41,803 nucleotides of DNA from Ferruginibacter sp. (lineage in GTDB: Bacteria > Bacteroidota > Bacteroidia > Chitinophagales > Chitinophagaceae), in the NCBI GenBank assembly GCA_043783135.1, contig JAYVZR010000052.1, forward strand, positions 1 to 41,803. The letters run 5' to 3'. The notes below the pieces were generated by a model. That model saw only the letters and a program-made list of their open reading frames with translations, ran no database searches and had not been told where the DNA came from. Position numbers and translations under genes: made by a program. This document shows, piece by piece, positions 29,139 through 38,597 of this stretch (position 1 is its first letter; every line of letters begins with the position of its first letter).

Positions 29139-30503
29139 TTAATCATACTTATATCTTCTAAACCAAAGATCGGCCATTGAAAAGCCAATACTTAACCTAA
29201 TGGTATTTTCTGTAAGGTTTGCTGAATTTTTATTACCTCTTCTGCCAATTTCAATTGCTGTATTTAACAGGGAAGTTTGTGTTTCAAAATAACTTCTTCT
29301 TAATTTTAAAGGAAATCCTGCTCCAAAAGAAAAACCAAATTGCGGCAGTGGGGTGTTATTTACTTTTACATAATCCGGGCCAAAATTAAAACCAAAACGA
29401 TACCGTACAAAACTAAAATAATTTTTAAGAAGCGTATTGTTGTTAGCAGGATAATATTCGAATCCGGCACGAACTTTATAGTTAGTGACTACTGAATCTG
29501 TCTGGCCATAAAATCTATATTTGTCCCATAACGTTGTTTCATAATCTGCCCCAAAAAGCCAATGGCCTGCATCATCCCTGTAAGAAAATCCAGCTCCGTA
29601 AGTTGCAGGGCGGGTTACGTACCCATTTACATTGTTTGCAAATACACTGTCAATTGTAACTTTTATTCCGGATATATTTGTATAGAATGTTTGGCTGGAA
29701 TTGCTCTGGTTACCTTTTAAGATTTGTTGTAAATTAGTATACCCACCCAAAACGAGTAATGCTTTGTTCTTTAGCTTTATTTCATATTGAAAACCTGCAT
29801 TTACAAAAGCTCCTTTTAAAGCAGTACTGGCAGAAGTAGTAGAAGAAAAATAAAATGCAGAATCGTTTATAAATTTCAAATCAGTGCTATATTCTTTTTT
29901 GCCAAATGCAAATCCCATATTAAAGCCAATACTTAAGTTTCTGATGCGTAGCCCGGCACCTGTATTTATTTCATTTAAACCGCCATTGCCATTATAAGTA
30001 GTTCTAATACTGTCAACTCCCTGTCCCTGCAGGCTCCCCAGGTTTTTAATATTATAAGATATTCTGTTTACCGGTTTTAAACCAAAGCTGGCCCCCAAAA
30101 AAACGCCTTTCTTGTTAGCCTTTTGCAATTTTATAGGAAACCCAAGTTGCAAGTAGGGAATATTAATATCCTTTGAAGTAAAATTTGCTGCCGGAGATGC
30201 ATTTTTTAAGGTTAGGTTGGTAAATTCCACTCCAAATTCAAAAATGGTATTACGCTGAAGGGTTGGATTTATCCTTAATGCTGCGGGATCGATATAGGCT
30301 AAATTACCTAAACTGGCAGGATTGGTAAAGTTAATATTTTGAAAATCTGAGTATCCTGCAGCAATACTACCCATGCCTCTAGTTGCAATACTATGGTTTA
30401 AAACAACATCACCTAGACCATAACGTGAATAAGGTGAGTTAGTCTGTGCTTCTACAGAGGTATATAATAGTACGGTGAAAACCAATCCGATCAATCTCAT
30501 CAT
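29139..30503 (-). CDS. Outer membrane beta-barrel protein (FadL-like hypothetical) in the coaX-lptC operon
   Basis: Signal peptide; NSPYSRYGLGD, GMG, N..NPASL and G.GGLN motifs; C-terminal WF.R.KYD. Confidence 0.78.
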   Translation of the reverse strand: MMRLIGLVFTVLLYTSVEAQTNSPYSRYGLGDVVLNHSIATRGMGSIAAGYSDFQNINFTNPASLGNLAYIDPAALRINPTLQRNTIFEFGVEFTNLTLKNASPAANFTSKDINIPYLQLGFPIKLQKANKKGVFLGASFGLKPVNRISYNIKNLGSLQGQGVDSIRTTYNGNGGLNEINTGAGLRIRNLSIGFNMGFAFGKKEYSTDLKFINDSAFYFSSTTSASTALKGAFVNAGFQYEIKLKNKALLVLGGYTNLQQILKGNQSNSSQTFYTNISGIKVTIDSVFANNVNGYVTRPATYGAGFSYRDDAGHWLFGADYETTLWDKYRFYGQTDSVVTNYKVRAGFEYYPANNNTLLKNYFSFVRYRFGFNFGPDYVKVNNTPLPQFGFSFGAGFPLKLRRSYFETQTSLLNTAIEIGRRGNKNSANLTENTIRLSIGFSMADLWFRRYKYD

Positions 30504-31234
30504 TATAAGCTGTTATTAACTTCGCTGATAGCGTAAAGTCCTTTGAACAAAAAATTAAGGTCTGCAAATATCTTGTTTTTAAGTTGCCCGGCAAAATAGG
30601 TTGAATCACCCCCGGTTAAAACCACGTTAAAGTTGCCATATTTTCCAGCATAATAATCTATAAAACCATCAATTTCATAGGCAATGCCGGCAATTACCCC
30701 GCTTTGCAAATTTGTTTTGGTATCATAGCCAATAACAGGAAAGTTCCAGTCTTTATTTACCAATGGTAATAATGCAGTATAATCATGCATCGATTTAAAA
30801 CGTAATTCCATTCCCGGAGAGATGGCACCACCAATAAACTGATTGTACTGATTTATAAAATTATAGGTGATACAGGTGCCAAGCCCTACTACTAAATTAT
30901 TTTTAGCCGGATAAAAATGAACAGCGGCGGCAATTAAGGCCAACCTGTCTGCACCAATCGATTCCGGCTTGCTAACAGCTGTTGTAAAATTTAATTTGGT
31001 ATTATGCGACAGTTTGTGAAACCTTGTATTGTTTGAAAGTATAGTTTCAACTGCTTCATCATGCTTTATAACAGATGAAAGTATGCTGTTTTGTGGCTGG
31101 TATTTTTGCAATAATTGTTCAATTGTAACTATGCTATCATCGGGTAATAAAATATCTTCTTTAAAAATATCATTCTCAAATACACCGCATTTTAAACGTG
31201 TATTTCCAAAATCAAAACAAAGTGTTTTTTTCAT
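30503..31234 (-). CDS. coaX: Type III pantothenate kinase
   Basis: DFGNTRLK, SSV, GADR, LGTCIT, GGAISPG and LTGGD motifs. Confidence 0.93.
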   Translation of the reverse strand: MKKTLCFDFGNTRLKCGVFENDIFKEDILLPDDSIVTIEQLLQKYQPQNSILSSVIKHDEAVETILSNNTRFHKLSHNTKLNFTTAVSKPESIGADRLALIAAAVHFYPAKNNLVVGLGTCITYNFINQYNQFIGGAISPGMELRFKSMHDYTALLPLVNKDWNFPVIGYDTKTNLQSGVIAGIAYEIDGFIDYYAGKYGNFNVVLTGGDSTYFAGQLKNKIFADLNFLFKGLYAISEVNNSL

Positions 31235-31305
31235 GTAATTATTTTTCTCAGTTAAATACCAAAGTTATTTGCCGGGTACATGCCTGCTTGTAACTACGGT
31301 TAAGC

Positions 31306-31941
31306 TTACAACTTAAATCCGCTTAAATTTTTAAAATGCCCATTCAGCTGAATCCTTTTTTTTAACGTTTCCATTTCTGCTACAACAGGCAAAACCTTTA
31401 ACAAATGCTGTTTTAAATATTCCTGGCGTTGCAGTTCATGAAACAAGCCTAACAGTTCATATTCTTCTTTTATAGAAAGCCCTGCATGATGCGCTACATC
31501 ATAACTACGGAGTTCATCATATGGTTTATTATATGTTTTTTTTATTTTTAAAATTTCATGAAGCCGAAGTATTGTTTCTATTACTTTCTTCATTAAACGG
31601 GCATTACTTTTACTATAATTTTCGGGATAATTTACAATTGTTCCCTCATATAACTTATCCGGTATTTCTTTAATTACTTCTAAAATGCTAAACACCCTAA
31701 GCCCTTTTGTTTTAATATCCATTTCGCCATTTTCATATACCTCAGTTATTTCAATAAGTTCTACCAATGTTCCCAACTCACACATTTTATCATCTATAAC
31801 AGCAGGTATGCCAAAAGGCTTCTTATTTTGCCTGCAATCGTTAATCAATTGTTTATACCGTGGTTCAAAAATATGCAGGTTAAGTTCTTCACCCGGGTAC
31901 ACAACAGTTGCCAAAGGAAATATGCTGATAAAATTGGTCAT
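31306..31941 (-). CDS. Stand-alone LON peptidase substrate-binding (N-terminal) domain protein
   Basis: IFPL..VVYPGE.LNLHIFEPRYKQLI motif; no AAA or protease domain. Confidence 0.85.
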   Translation of the reverse strand: MTNFISIFPLATVVYPGEELNLHIFEPRYKQLINDCRQNKKPFGIPAVIDDKMCELGTLVELIEITEVYENGEMDIKTKGLRVFSILEVIKEIPDKLYEGTIVNYPENYSKSNARLMKKVIETILRLHEILKIKKTYNKPYDELRSYDVAHHAGLSIKEEYELLGLFHELQRQEYLKQHLLKVLPVVAEMETLKKRIQLNGHFKNLSGFKL

Positions 31942-32041
31942 AACGTATAATTACTAAAATTATAGCCGAAGGTAATAATGAAATTTGAATGGTATATCCC
32001 ATTTATTTGGTAGTTGGCATATTTACATTCAATTTTGTTGA

Positions 32042-32932
32042 ATGTGGCAACAACATCTGCAACAAATACAGGAAGGCAATATTAAAACGCTGGCAAGATG
32101 TATTTCATTGATAGAAAATGAAGTGGCAGGATACGAAAATTTACTGAAGTTATTACCCTCCTTATCTACACCCATTATTGGTATTACAGGCCCTCCAGGC
32201 GCAGGAAAAAGCACATTGACAGATGCATTAATTGGCTGTATAACCCAGCAGGGTAAAAAAGTCGGTGTTCTTTGTGTTGATCCTTCATCACCTTTTAATT
32301 TTGGATCTTTACTTGGCGACAGAATCCGTATGAGTGAATGGTACAACCATCCAAATGTGTATATACGTTCTTTGGCTACCAGGGGCTCACTTGGTGGATT
32401 GCATCCAAAAATTATTGAGATAAGCGATTTGCTTAAAGCCGCTCTTTTTGATTTTATCATAATTGAAACAGTCGGTGTTGGACAAAGTGAAATTGAAATT
32501 GCCGGGCTTGCAGACATAACCCTGGTTGTACTGGTACCAGAATCGGGCGACGAGGTGCAAACCATGAAGGCAGGCCTGATGGAAATTGCAGATATTTTTG
32601 TAGTAAACAAAGCCGACCGTGCGGATGCAGATATTTTTGTAAAAAATTTGCGGTTAATGCTGGCGCCAGCATTTAGCAGTAAACAAATTCCTGCACCTGT
32701 TATTAAAACGTCGGCATTACAAAAAAAGGGTGTTGCTGAATTATTTGAAGCCATTAAAATACAAATAGGCCATCATAAAAATAATGATAAAAGGCTATGG
32801 TTACTAACTGAAAAGGCCTGCCACCTTATTCAACAAAAAAGAATGGCCGATATTAATAAAGCCGTCTTAAAAAATAAAATTGATCTGGCAGGAAGTAAAT
32901 TTAATTTATACCTGTTTGTAGAAGAGTATTGA
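32042..32932 (+). CDS. meaB: Methylmalonyl-CoA mutase-associated GTPase MeaB/ArgK
   Basis: GITGPPGAGKST, VDPSSP...G.LLGDRIRM, RS..TRG.LGG, ETVGVGQSE and NKAD motifs. Confidence 0.93.
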   Translation: MWQQHLQQIQEGNIKTLARCISLIENEVAGYENLLKLLPSLSTPIIGITGPPGAGKSTLTDALIGCITQQGKKVGVLCVDPSSPFNFGSLLGDRIRMSEWYNHPNVYIRSLATRGSLGGLHPKIIEISDLLKAALFDFIIIETVGVGQSEIEIAGLADITLVVLVPESGDEVQTMKAGLMEIADIFVVNKADRADADIFVKNLRLMLAPAFSSKQIPAPVIKTSALQKKGVAELFEAIKIQIGHHKNNDKRLWLLTEKACHLIQQKRMADINKAVLKNKIDLAGSKFNLYLFVEEY

Positions 32933-32952
32933 ATTTTGACAGCTGAATGTAA

Positions 32953-33183
32953 TCAGGCATTTCCTTCTGGTTCTTTATTATTTTTCCACCACCGGTAACC
33001 AATAACGCCCACCAAAATAAAAGGAGTAAACATTAAATAAAGTATGCCGCTGTTTAAACCCTGGGCAGGTTTTTCACCCATTTGCTGAGCAGTTTTTGTA
33101 CAAATAGAACATTGGGCATTTACAATATTTGCAAAAGTTGCCATCCATAAAAAGAAAAAAAATATAATTATTTTTTTATTCAT
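32953..33183 (-). CDS. Small conserved membrane protein with CxxC
   Basis: Signal peptide, AQCSICTKT, then GLNSGILYLM..P and a TM helix. Confidence 0.75.
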   Translation of the reverse strand: MNKKIIIFFFFLWMATFANIVNAQCSICTKTAQQMGEKPAQGLNSGILYLMFTPFILVGVIGYRWWKNNKEPEGNA

Positions 33184-33271
33184 TCAACTGCAAAGATAAA
33201 GCATAAAAAATTCGGAATACCTGTTATTGAAGGCTTTATTGACAGGGTTTATAAATCTTTCTGCAGGTGTT

Positions 33272-33727
33272 CTATTTAAAAAAAACTTCATTTCTTATCC
33301 GTTCCATTATTTCCGGGGTAATTTTTGTTGCCGGATGCATTTGTTTGTATTCTTCCAGTCTTGCATTCATTTCTTCAATTTTTAAATCATAGGCAAATGC
33401 TTCCTTATTTTCGGGCAAAGTACGTTGCGTAAATTTTTCTACACCGGCAGTGAGCTGATAGAGTATGGCCCCTCCTAGAATGCAGCTAATAAAGAAAAAA
33501 ACATAATTTTGCATACTAAACCCAAATGTGTACCAATACCAGCAACAAAAAAATACGGGTATCATTATAATTATTTTTTGTTTTATGGCAACCAATATAA
33601 TACCTATGTAATAAAATGCTATTCCAAATAAATAATACCAATTAGCAGATTTATTAGCCATATAAGGTACCAATACCAAAGGAATTATAATATAGAAGAG
33701 CGTTAGCGTGTTAAACAATCGTTTCAT
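33272..33727 (-). CDS. Hypothetical membrane protein
   Basis: 151-aa ORF with about 4 hydrophobic helices and a charged C-terminus. Confidence 0.65.
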   Translation of the reverse strand: MKRLFNTLTLFYIIIPLVLVPYMANKSANWYYLFGIAFYYIGIILVAIKQKIIIMIPVFFCCWYWYTFGFSMQNYVFFFISCILGGAILYQLTAGVEKFTQRTLPENKEAFAYDLKIEEMNARLEEYKQMHPATKITPEIMERIRNEVFFK

Positions 33728-33971
33728 TGTATACTAAGTATTTTGATAGCTATTTTGATTGTAAAATTAATGCTATTTCATAACTAATTTATTTAAAAAG
33801 GATTTTTGCCTGAATAAGATTTTATATGCATACCCATTGATTGTAGCCATTTTTTAAAAAGAGGTAGCTTTAAATTTCAGCGATTAAAATAATTGCTGTA
33901 CAGAATCATTTTAATTAAACTGGCATAAAGGCCTTTTACATTAACAGGTGTATTTATTATATTTGCCAGCA

Positions 33972-34673
33972 ATGGCACAAAAAAAATTACAGCGCTTTGC
34001 AGCAATTAAAACATTTGCCAATGTACTGGAATACCCAGAAAATATGCGGGGTCAATGGGGGGCTTTTTTTAAAAATACCAACCCGGTTGTTTTAGAACTC
34101 GCCTGTGGCAGGGGAGAATATACTGTAGGTTTATCAAAATTATTTCCCGAAAAAAATTTTATAGGGGTAGATATTAAAGGCAACCGATTATACGTTGGGG
34201 CCAAAAAATGTTTAGATCAGCAATTGACCAATGCGGCATTTGTACGCACGCAAATAGCCATGCTTCCACAATACTTTGCTGCCGGGGAAATAAGTGAAAT
34301 ATGGATTACTTTTCCTGATCCGCAATTGCGCACATCTAAGGCAAAAAAACGTTTAACCCACCCGCAATTCCTCCGGTTGTATCAACAGGTATTATCTACA
34401 GGCGGGCTCCTGCATTTAAAAACAGATTCTCCTAAATTGTACGGATTTACCAAAAAGGTAATTGAACTATATAAATTAATTGTTGTTGAAGATAATGATG
34501 ATGTTTATGCTGGCGATGCTGCAGAAGAATTAAAAATAAAAACACATTACGAAGCATTGGATATTGCACAAAGCCGGAAAATTTATTATCTTAAATTTAA
34601 ATTGCCTTCCATAATTGCAGATATTGACGAGCAGCTGCAGGAAGAACTACAAATAACAGAAAAGAATCAATAG
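33972..34673 (+). CDS. trmB: tRNA (guanine-N7)-methyltransferase
   Basis: Likely start MAQKKL, just after a TATATTTG element; LELACGRGEY, NFIGVDIKG.R, WITFPDPQ, KKRLT and HLKTDS motifs. Confidence 0.93.
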   Translation: MAQKKLQRFAAIKTFANVLEYPENMRGQWGAFFKNTNPVVLELACGRGEYTVGLSKLFPEKNFIGVDIKGNRLYVGAKKCLDQQLTNAAFVRTQIAMLPQYFAAGEISEIWITFPDPQLRTSKAKKRLTHPQFLRLYQQVLSTGGLLHLKTDSPKLYGFTKKVIELYKLIVVEDNDDVYAGDAAEELKIKTHYEALDIAQSRKIYYLKFKLPSIIADIDEQLQEELQITEKNQ

Positions 34674-34678
34674 TTTTT

Positions 34679-34882
34679 GTGGATACACTGGTAGAGAACG
34701 AAGATTTTTATTATAATGAACAAGGCTATTTTGTGCTTACGGCAAAATATCATTTGCAAAGGGGCGACTGCTGTGGCCATGGTTGTAAGCATTGCCCTTA
34801 TAATTATAAAAATGTACCCGAACCGCAACGTACTGAATTATGTAAAACTATTCTGAAAAATAACAATGATGTTGCTTCATAA
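34679..34882 (+). CDS. DUF5522 family Cys-rich small protein
   Basis: DFYY...G..V.T..YHL.RG.CCG.GC.HCPY motif. Confidence 0.82.
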   Translation: MDTLVENEDFYYNEQGYFVLTAKYHLQRGDCCGHGCKHCPYNYKNVPEPQRTELCKTILKNNNDVAS

Positions 34883-34900
34883 ATTTATATCTTTTAAATA

Positions 34901-35293
34901 ATGAAAAAAAAGGCTGCAATTATAATTACCCCGAAAAAAGAAAAGCCAAAAAGCCTCGTAAAAGAATACAGCTTTTTTGCCGATGTATATGATGTGGTAA
35001 GGCAAATTCCAAAAGGCAGGGCAACATCCTACGGGGCAATTGCAACTTACCTCGGTACAAAGTTATCGGCCCGTATGGTAGGTTGGGCAATGAACGCAGC
35101 GCATACAGCCAAACCAAAAATACCTGCACACCGGGTTGTTAACCGAAACGGGATGCTTACCGGCAGGCATCATTTTGCAACACCAACCTTAATGGAAGAA
35201 TTGCTGAAGAAGGAAAAAATATTGGTAAAGGAAGAAACCATCATTGATTTTAAAAATATTTTCTGGAACCCTGCTGAAGAACTTGGTTTATAA
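34901..35293 (+). CDS. MGMT family alkyltransferase-like (ATL) protein
   Basis: V..IP.GR.TSYGAIA, ARMVGWAM and PAHRVVN motifs (Ala in place of the catalytic Cys). Confidence 0.88.
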   Translation: MKKKAAIIITPKKEKPKSLVKEYSFFADVYDVVRQIPKGRATSYGAIATYLGTKLSARMVGWAMNAAHTAKPKIPAHRVVNRNGMLTGRHHFATPTLMEELLKKEKILVKEETIIDFKNIFWNPAEELGL

Positions 35294-35347
35294 AACAATA
35301 TACTGATTTATAAAACCTACTTTGGGCTGTTATTAAAATTGTAAAAT

Positions 35348-36079
35348 GTGGTTATGGATGAAAAAATAATAATGGGCAAAATCAGTTTTATCAATCACGA
35401 TAAAGACTATGCCACCATAGAATATGAAGTAAATGGCAAAAAGAAAACTATCAGTGGCAATATCAGCGAAAAAGAACAGGAAAAATTAAGGAAAGAAAAA
35501 ATCATCAGAAGGGTACACCAGTTTCATGTGGGTGACGAAGTAAGTTTTATGATTGCTTTATCTGCCAGGGGCGATAAGATGGTTGCCGATTGCCTGCAGT
35601 TTCATTTTAATAATGCATTGGATAACCTAATCAATAAATCACAGATTGAAAACCGTTTTGTGGGTTACCTCAAAAAAGTGGAGGAAGATTATTTTGTAAA
35701 AGAAACTGGCAGTTATATTTTCTTTCCGCTTATATTATCCCCATGGGAAAAAAGGCCAAGGGAAAACAATTTAAATGAGCCTGTATTTTTTAAACTGGAA
35801 AATACCGGCAAACCCGATAAAGCAACTGCTGCTCTTTTCAGAAGTGAATATATTCCTGAATATATGTATGCTATGCAATGTTTTAAAAAGAAAACGGTGC
35901 TGGATGCAGTAGTTTATAAAGTTACGCCACATGGTATTTTTGTAAATGTGGTTGATAAAAAAATACAGGCAAAAATTACGGTTTATAAAACCGCTGCGCT
36001 TACTACACAAATTGGAGATGTATTAAAAGTTGTTATTAGTTATTTGGGTACGTCGAAAATTATTGTTGAAAAGGTTTAA
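35348..36079 (+). CDS. Hypothetical protein with putative tandem OB-fold (cold-shock/S1-like) domains
   Basis: GKISFINHDK.YA.I...GDEVSF......G...A resembles a cold-shock domain; DAVVYKVTPHGIFVNV resembles S1. Start may be ATG at 35354. Confidence 0.6.
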   Translation: MVMDEKIIMGKISFINHDKDYATIEYEVNGKKKTISGNISEKEQEKLRKEKIIRRVHQFHVGDEVSFMIALSARGDKMVADCLQFHFNNALDNLINKSQIENRFVGYLKKVEEDYFVKETGSYIFFPLILSPWEKRPRENNLNEPVFFKLENTGKPDKATAALFRSEYIPEYMYAMQCFKKKTVLDAVVYKVTPHGIFVNVVDKKIQAKITVYKTAALTTQIGDVLKVVISYLGTSKIIVEKV

Positions 36080-36097
36080 AGAAATATTAATCTTACG

Positions 36098-37222
36098 TTA
36101 AAGGCTGTTTATACATTCCTCGGCAAAACCAAAACTCATCGTCATGCCTGCTCCGCCCACTCCGTTTACAATATACACACCCGGTAAAGGATTTAAAAAA
36201 ACGCCTGATTCACCGTTGGTCATTTTTGGATAAATGCCATGCCATGATTGAATAAGCTGCCAATCGTTACAAAGCACGAGTTTTTTCAGATAGTCCAAAA
36301 TCATCTCGTTAATAACGGCCTTGTCAAATGGATCAAAAGTATTTGCGTATTCATGCGAATCACCCACAGTAAATTCGCCCGGTTTGTTTTGAGAAACCAT
36401 TACATGAATGCCCCAATCAAGATAAGTTTTCATTTCATTTTGATAACGTTGCTCTAATTTTTTCAGTGATGGGGCTACCTTAAAGCTATGGTAATGTATC
36501 AACGATAATCCCCCACATAATGAAGTGCCAATTCTGGCATTATTTTTTTCTGAAAAACGCATCATTTGTAATTTACATTTTGTAATATCTAATGCTGCAA
36601 ACTGTTCAGGAAAAAGAGTTTCAAAATCAGCACCACTGCAAACATAAATTAAATCGGCCTGTAAAAATTCCTGGCCCATCCACATCTTACCTTCTTCTAC
36701 ATTGGTAACCGCTTTGCCCCAGATAAATTCTACGGCATATTTTTCTTTTAAATAAACAGGCACTTTGGCAATAGCTTCCCTTGGGTCAACAATTGTTTCG
36801 GTAGCGCTGTACAAGCCGCCCAGTAAACCATCCGTATTTACAACAGGATATTTTTTGCCAATGGTATTTTTATCCATTAGTTTTACCGGTCTTCCGGCAG
36901 CAGAAAAATTTGCCTGTAACTCCTGCAGAACTTGCCATTCATCATCGTGATGTGCAAGATGCAGGCTGCCTGCATCTTCGTACCAAATGTTGGTGGCAGC
37001 GGCAATTTCTTTCCATACATCCCTGCTACGGATGGCCCTGTTATACAATTTACCATCAGGCTGGCCAATGGGCCACAACATACCAAAGTTGCGGATGGAA
37101 GCGCCTATTGCTTTATCTGTTCTTTCAATTACCGTAACCGAATAACCCTTTAAAGCAAGTGCCCTTGCTATTGCCAAACCAACAATACCTGCGCCCACCA
37201 CTATTGCTTTTTTACTACTCAT
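36098..37222 (-). CDS. FAD-dependent oxidoreductase, TIGR03364 (HpnW-proposed) / DAO-like family
   Basis: VVGAGIVGLA, GASIRNFG, VDPREAI, CKLQMMR, GIHVMVSQ...GE..VGDSHEY, W.GIY.K and GGAGMT.SFG motifs. Confidence 0.88.
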   Translation of the reverse strand: MSSKKAIVVGAGIVGLAIARALALKGYSVTVIERTDKAIGASIRNFGMLWPIGQPDGKLYNRAIRSRDVWKEIAAATNIWYEDAGSLHLAHHDDEWQVLQELQANFSAAGRPVKLMDKNTIGKKYPVVNTDGLLGGLYSATETIVDPREAIAKVPVYLKEKYAVEFIWGKAVTNVEEGKMWMGQEFLQADLIYVCSGADFETLFPEQFAALDITKCKLQMMRFSEKNNARIGTSLCGGLSLIHYHSFKVAPSLKKLEQRYQNEMKTYLDWGIHVMVSQNKPGEFTVGDSHEYANTFDPFDKAVINEMILDYLKKLVLCNDWQLIQSWHGIYPKMTNGESGVFLNPLPGVYIVNGVGGAGMTMSFGFAEECINSL

Positions 37223-37233
37223 GCTTTTACCTA

Positions 37234-38553
37234 TTAAAGTTGTTTGTATATTTTAGCATTTATAAAAAGACTGGTGCCAATCAGTATAACCCCCACAATA
37301 CCTGCTGTATAAAACAGCACAGAAAAAAAACTCACCCAACTGTATTTTATGGTAACAAACTCTTTTACCAGCAACACCATAACAGTGCCGAGATAACCAA
37401 AGGCATCTGCTATGTACATTACAAAACCAAAGTTGCCTTTTATTTTATATACTGATATCATGCGCTCAAAATACAAACAGTTAAATGGAATATAAGCCAG
37501 GTATAGCCCTGCGGTTGCAGTAACCATCCATATAAAAAGGTTTACCAGGTGCAGGTTAAACAACACCGTTATGATAAGTGACATTGCAACACCCGACATA
37601 ATTAAAAAATGGCTCATCCTAAAAGCCTTGTAATTATTTTTTATTAAAAAGAAACCACCGATGATTGCCAGTGTAACTAAAGATATGATGGTACCCGTTT
37701 CTGTAAATATGGCTGCATTGTTTTGATAGCCCGTTTCTGTCCATAGTTCATTGGCGAAGTCTTCACTAAAATCCCTTACAATGGTAAAGACAGCATAAGC
37801 AATTATCACCGGTATCATGGATGCTCCAAACTGCTTTAAAAATTGTTTACGTGCGTCATTTGTCATTGGGTTACGAATGGTTCTGTGAGCTATATCATCG
37901 GCCGATGGCGAAGGTGTTTGGGCCAGTAACCACACACTGATTAAAAGCGGAATTACAAAAATAGCCCCTGCGGTAAAAGGCATCCACCAATCAGAAATAT
38001 GAAAACTTAGCTGCATCCATTTGCCCACTGTTTTGGCCAGGCCAGATGCAAAAATAAAACTGGTTGCGAGTACAGCACCCATTAATTCAGTGGTTTTCCT
38101 TCCTTCTAAAAAACCAAATACCAACCCAAACACTAACCCCAGTGGAAGCCCGTTGATGAACAAACAAATAATATTAAAGGGCGGCGGAATAATTGCAAAT
38201 AAAAAAAGCGATAGCCATGCAATGCCCACACAAATTAAAATATACATAGGTCTTTTTTGGGGCAGCATTGCCGAAATAAATTTAATGCCATAAAATTTAC
38301 TGCACATATAACCCAGTACCTGTGCAATTACCAGGCAAACTTTATAAGAAATTCCAAGAAAAAACACGTTGCTGTACAACCCAACAGTAAAGGGTTTTCT
38401 AAAGCCATACATGCAGCTATACACAATAAAAGAACAAATAGAAACATAGCTTACAAATACAACTGGCGAGCTGTTTAGCCAGCGCAAAATACCCGGCCTC
38501 CCTGCCCTCCAAAGGACGGTTTTTGTCGCAGCAGTATTTGAAATATTTTTCAT
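37234..38553 (-). CDS. DUF5690 family (MFS-like) membrane transporter
   Basis: CMYGFRKPF, IAQVLGY..SKF.GIK, F.NGLPLG.VFG.VF.FLEGR..TE, FER and GF.MY.AD.FGYLG motifs; about 12 TM helices. Confidence 0.85.
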   Translation of the reverse strand: MKNISNTAATKTVLWRAGRPGILRWLNSSPVVFVSYVSICSFIVYSCMYGFRKPFTVGLYSNVFFLGISYKVCLVIAQVLGYMCSKFYGIKFISAMLPQKRPMYILICVGIAWLSLFLFAIIPPPFNIICLFINGLPLGLVFGLVFGFLEGRKTTELMGAVLATSFIFASGLAKTVGKWMQLSFHISDWWMPFTAGAIFVIPLLISVWLLAQTPSPSADDIAHRTIRNPMTNDARKQFLKQFGASMIPVIIAYAVFTIVRDFSEDFANELWTETGYQNNAAIFTETGTIISLVTLAIIGGFFLIKNNYKAFRMSHFLIMSGVAMSLIITVLFNLHLVNLFIWMVTATAGLYLAYIPFNCLYFERMISVYKIKGNFGFVMYIADAFGYLGTVMVLLVKEFVTIKYSWVSFFSVLFYTAGIVGVILIGTSLFINAKIYKQL

Positions 38554-38594
38554 TTTGTAAGATTCCGGAACCCTCCTTTGGAGGGCAGGGAGGC
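38496..38594. repeat. REP-like inverted doublet (26-bp arms) flanking the transporter start codon
   Basis: GCCTCCCTGCCCTCCAAAGGACGGTT (38496-38521) and AACCCTCCTTTGGAGGGCAGGGAGGC (38569-38594) are complementary at 25 of 26 positions. Confidence 0.8.
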
Positions 38595-38597
38595 TCC

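Noticed and set aside
32029-32754. 241-aa antisense ORF, and similar antisense ORFs over emrB, tetR, osmC and the cyclophilin gene
   Set aside because: Shadow frames of well-supported genes on the opposite strand.
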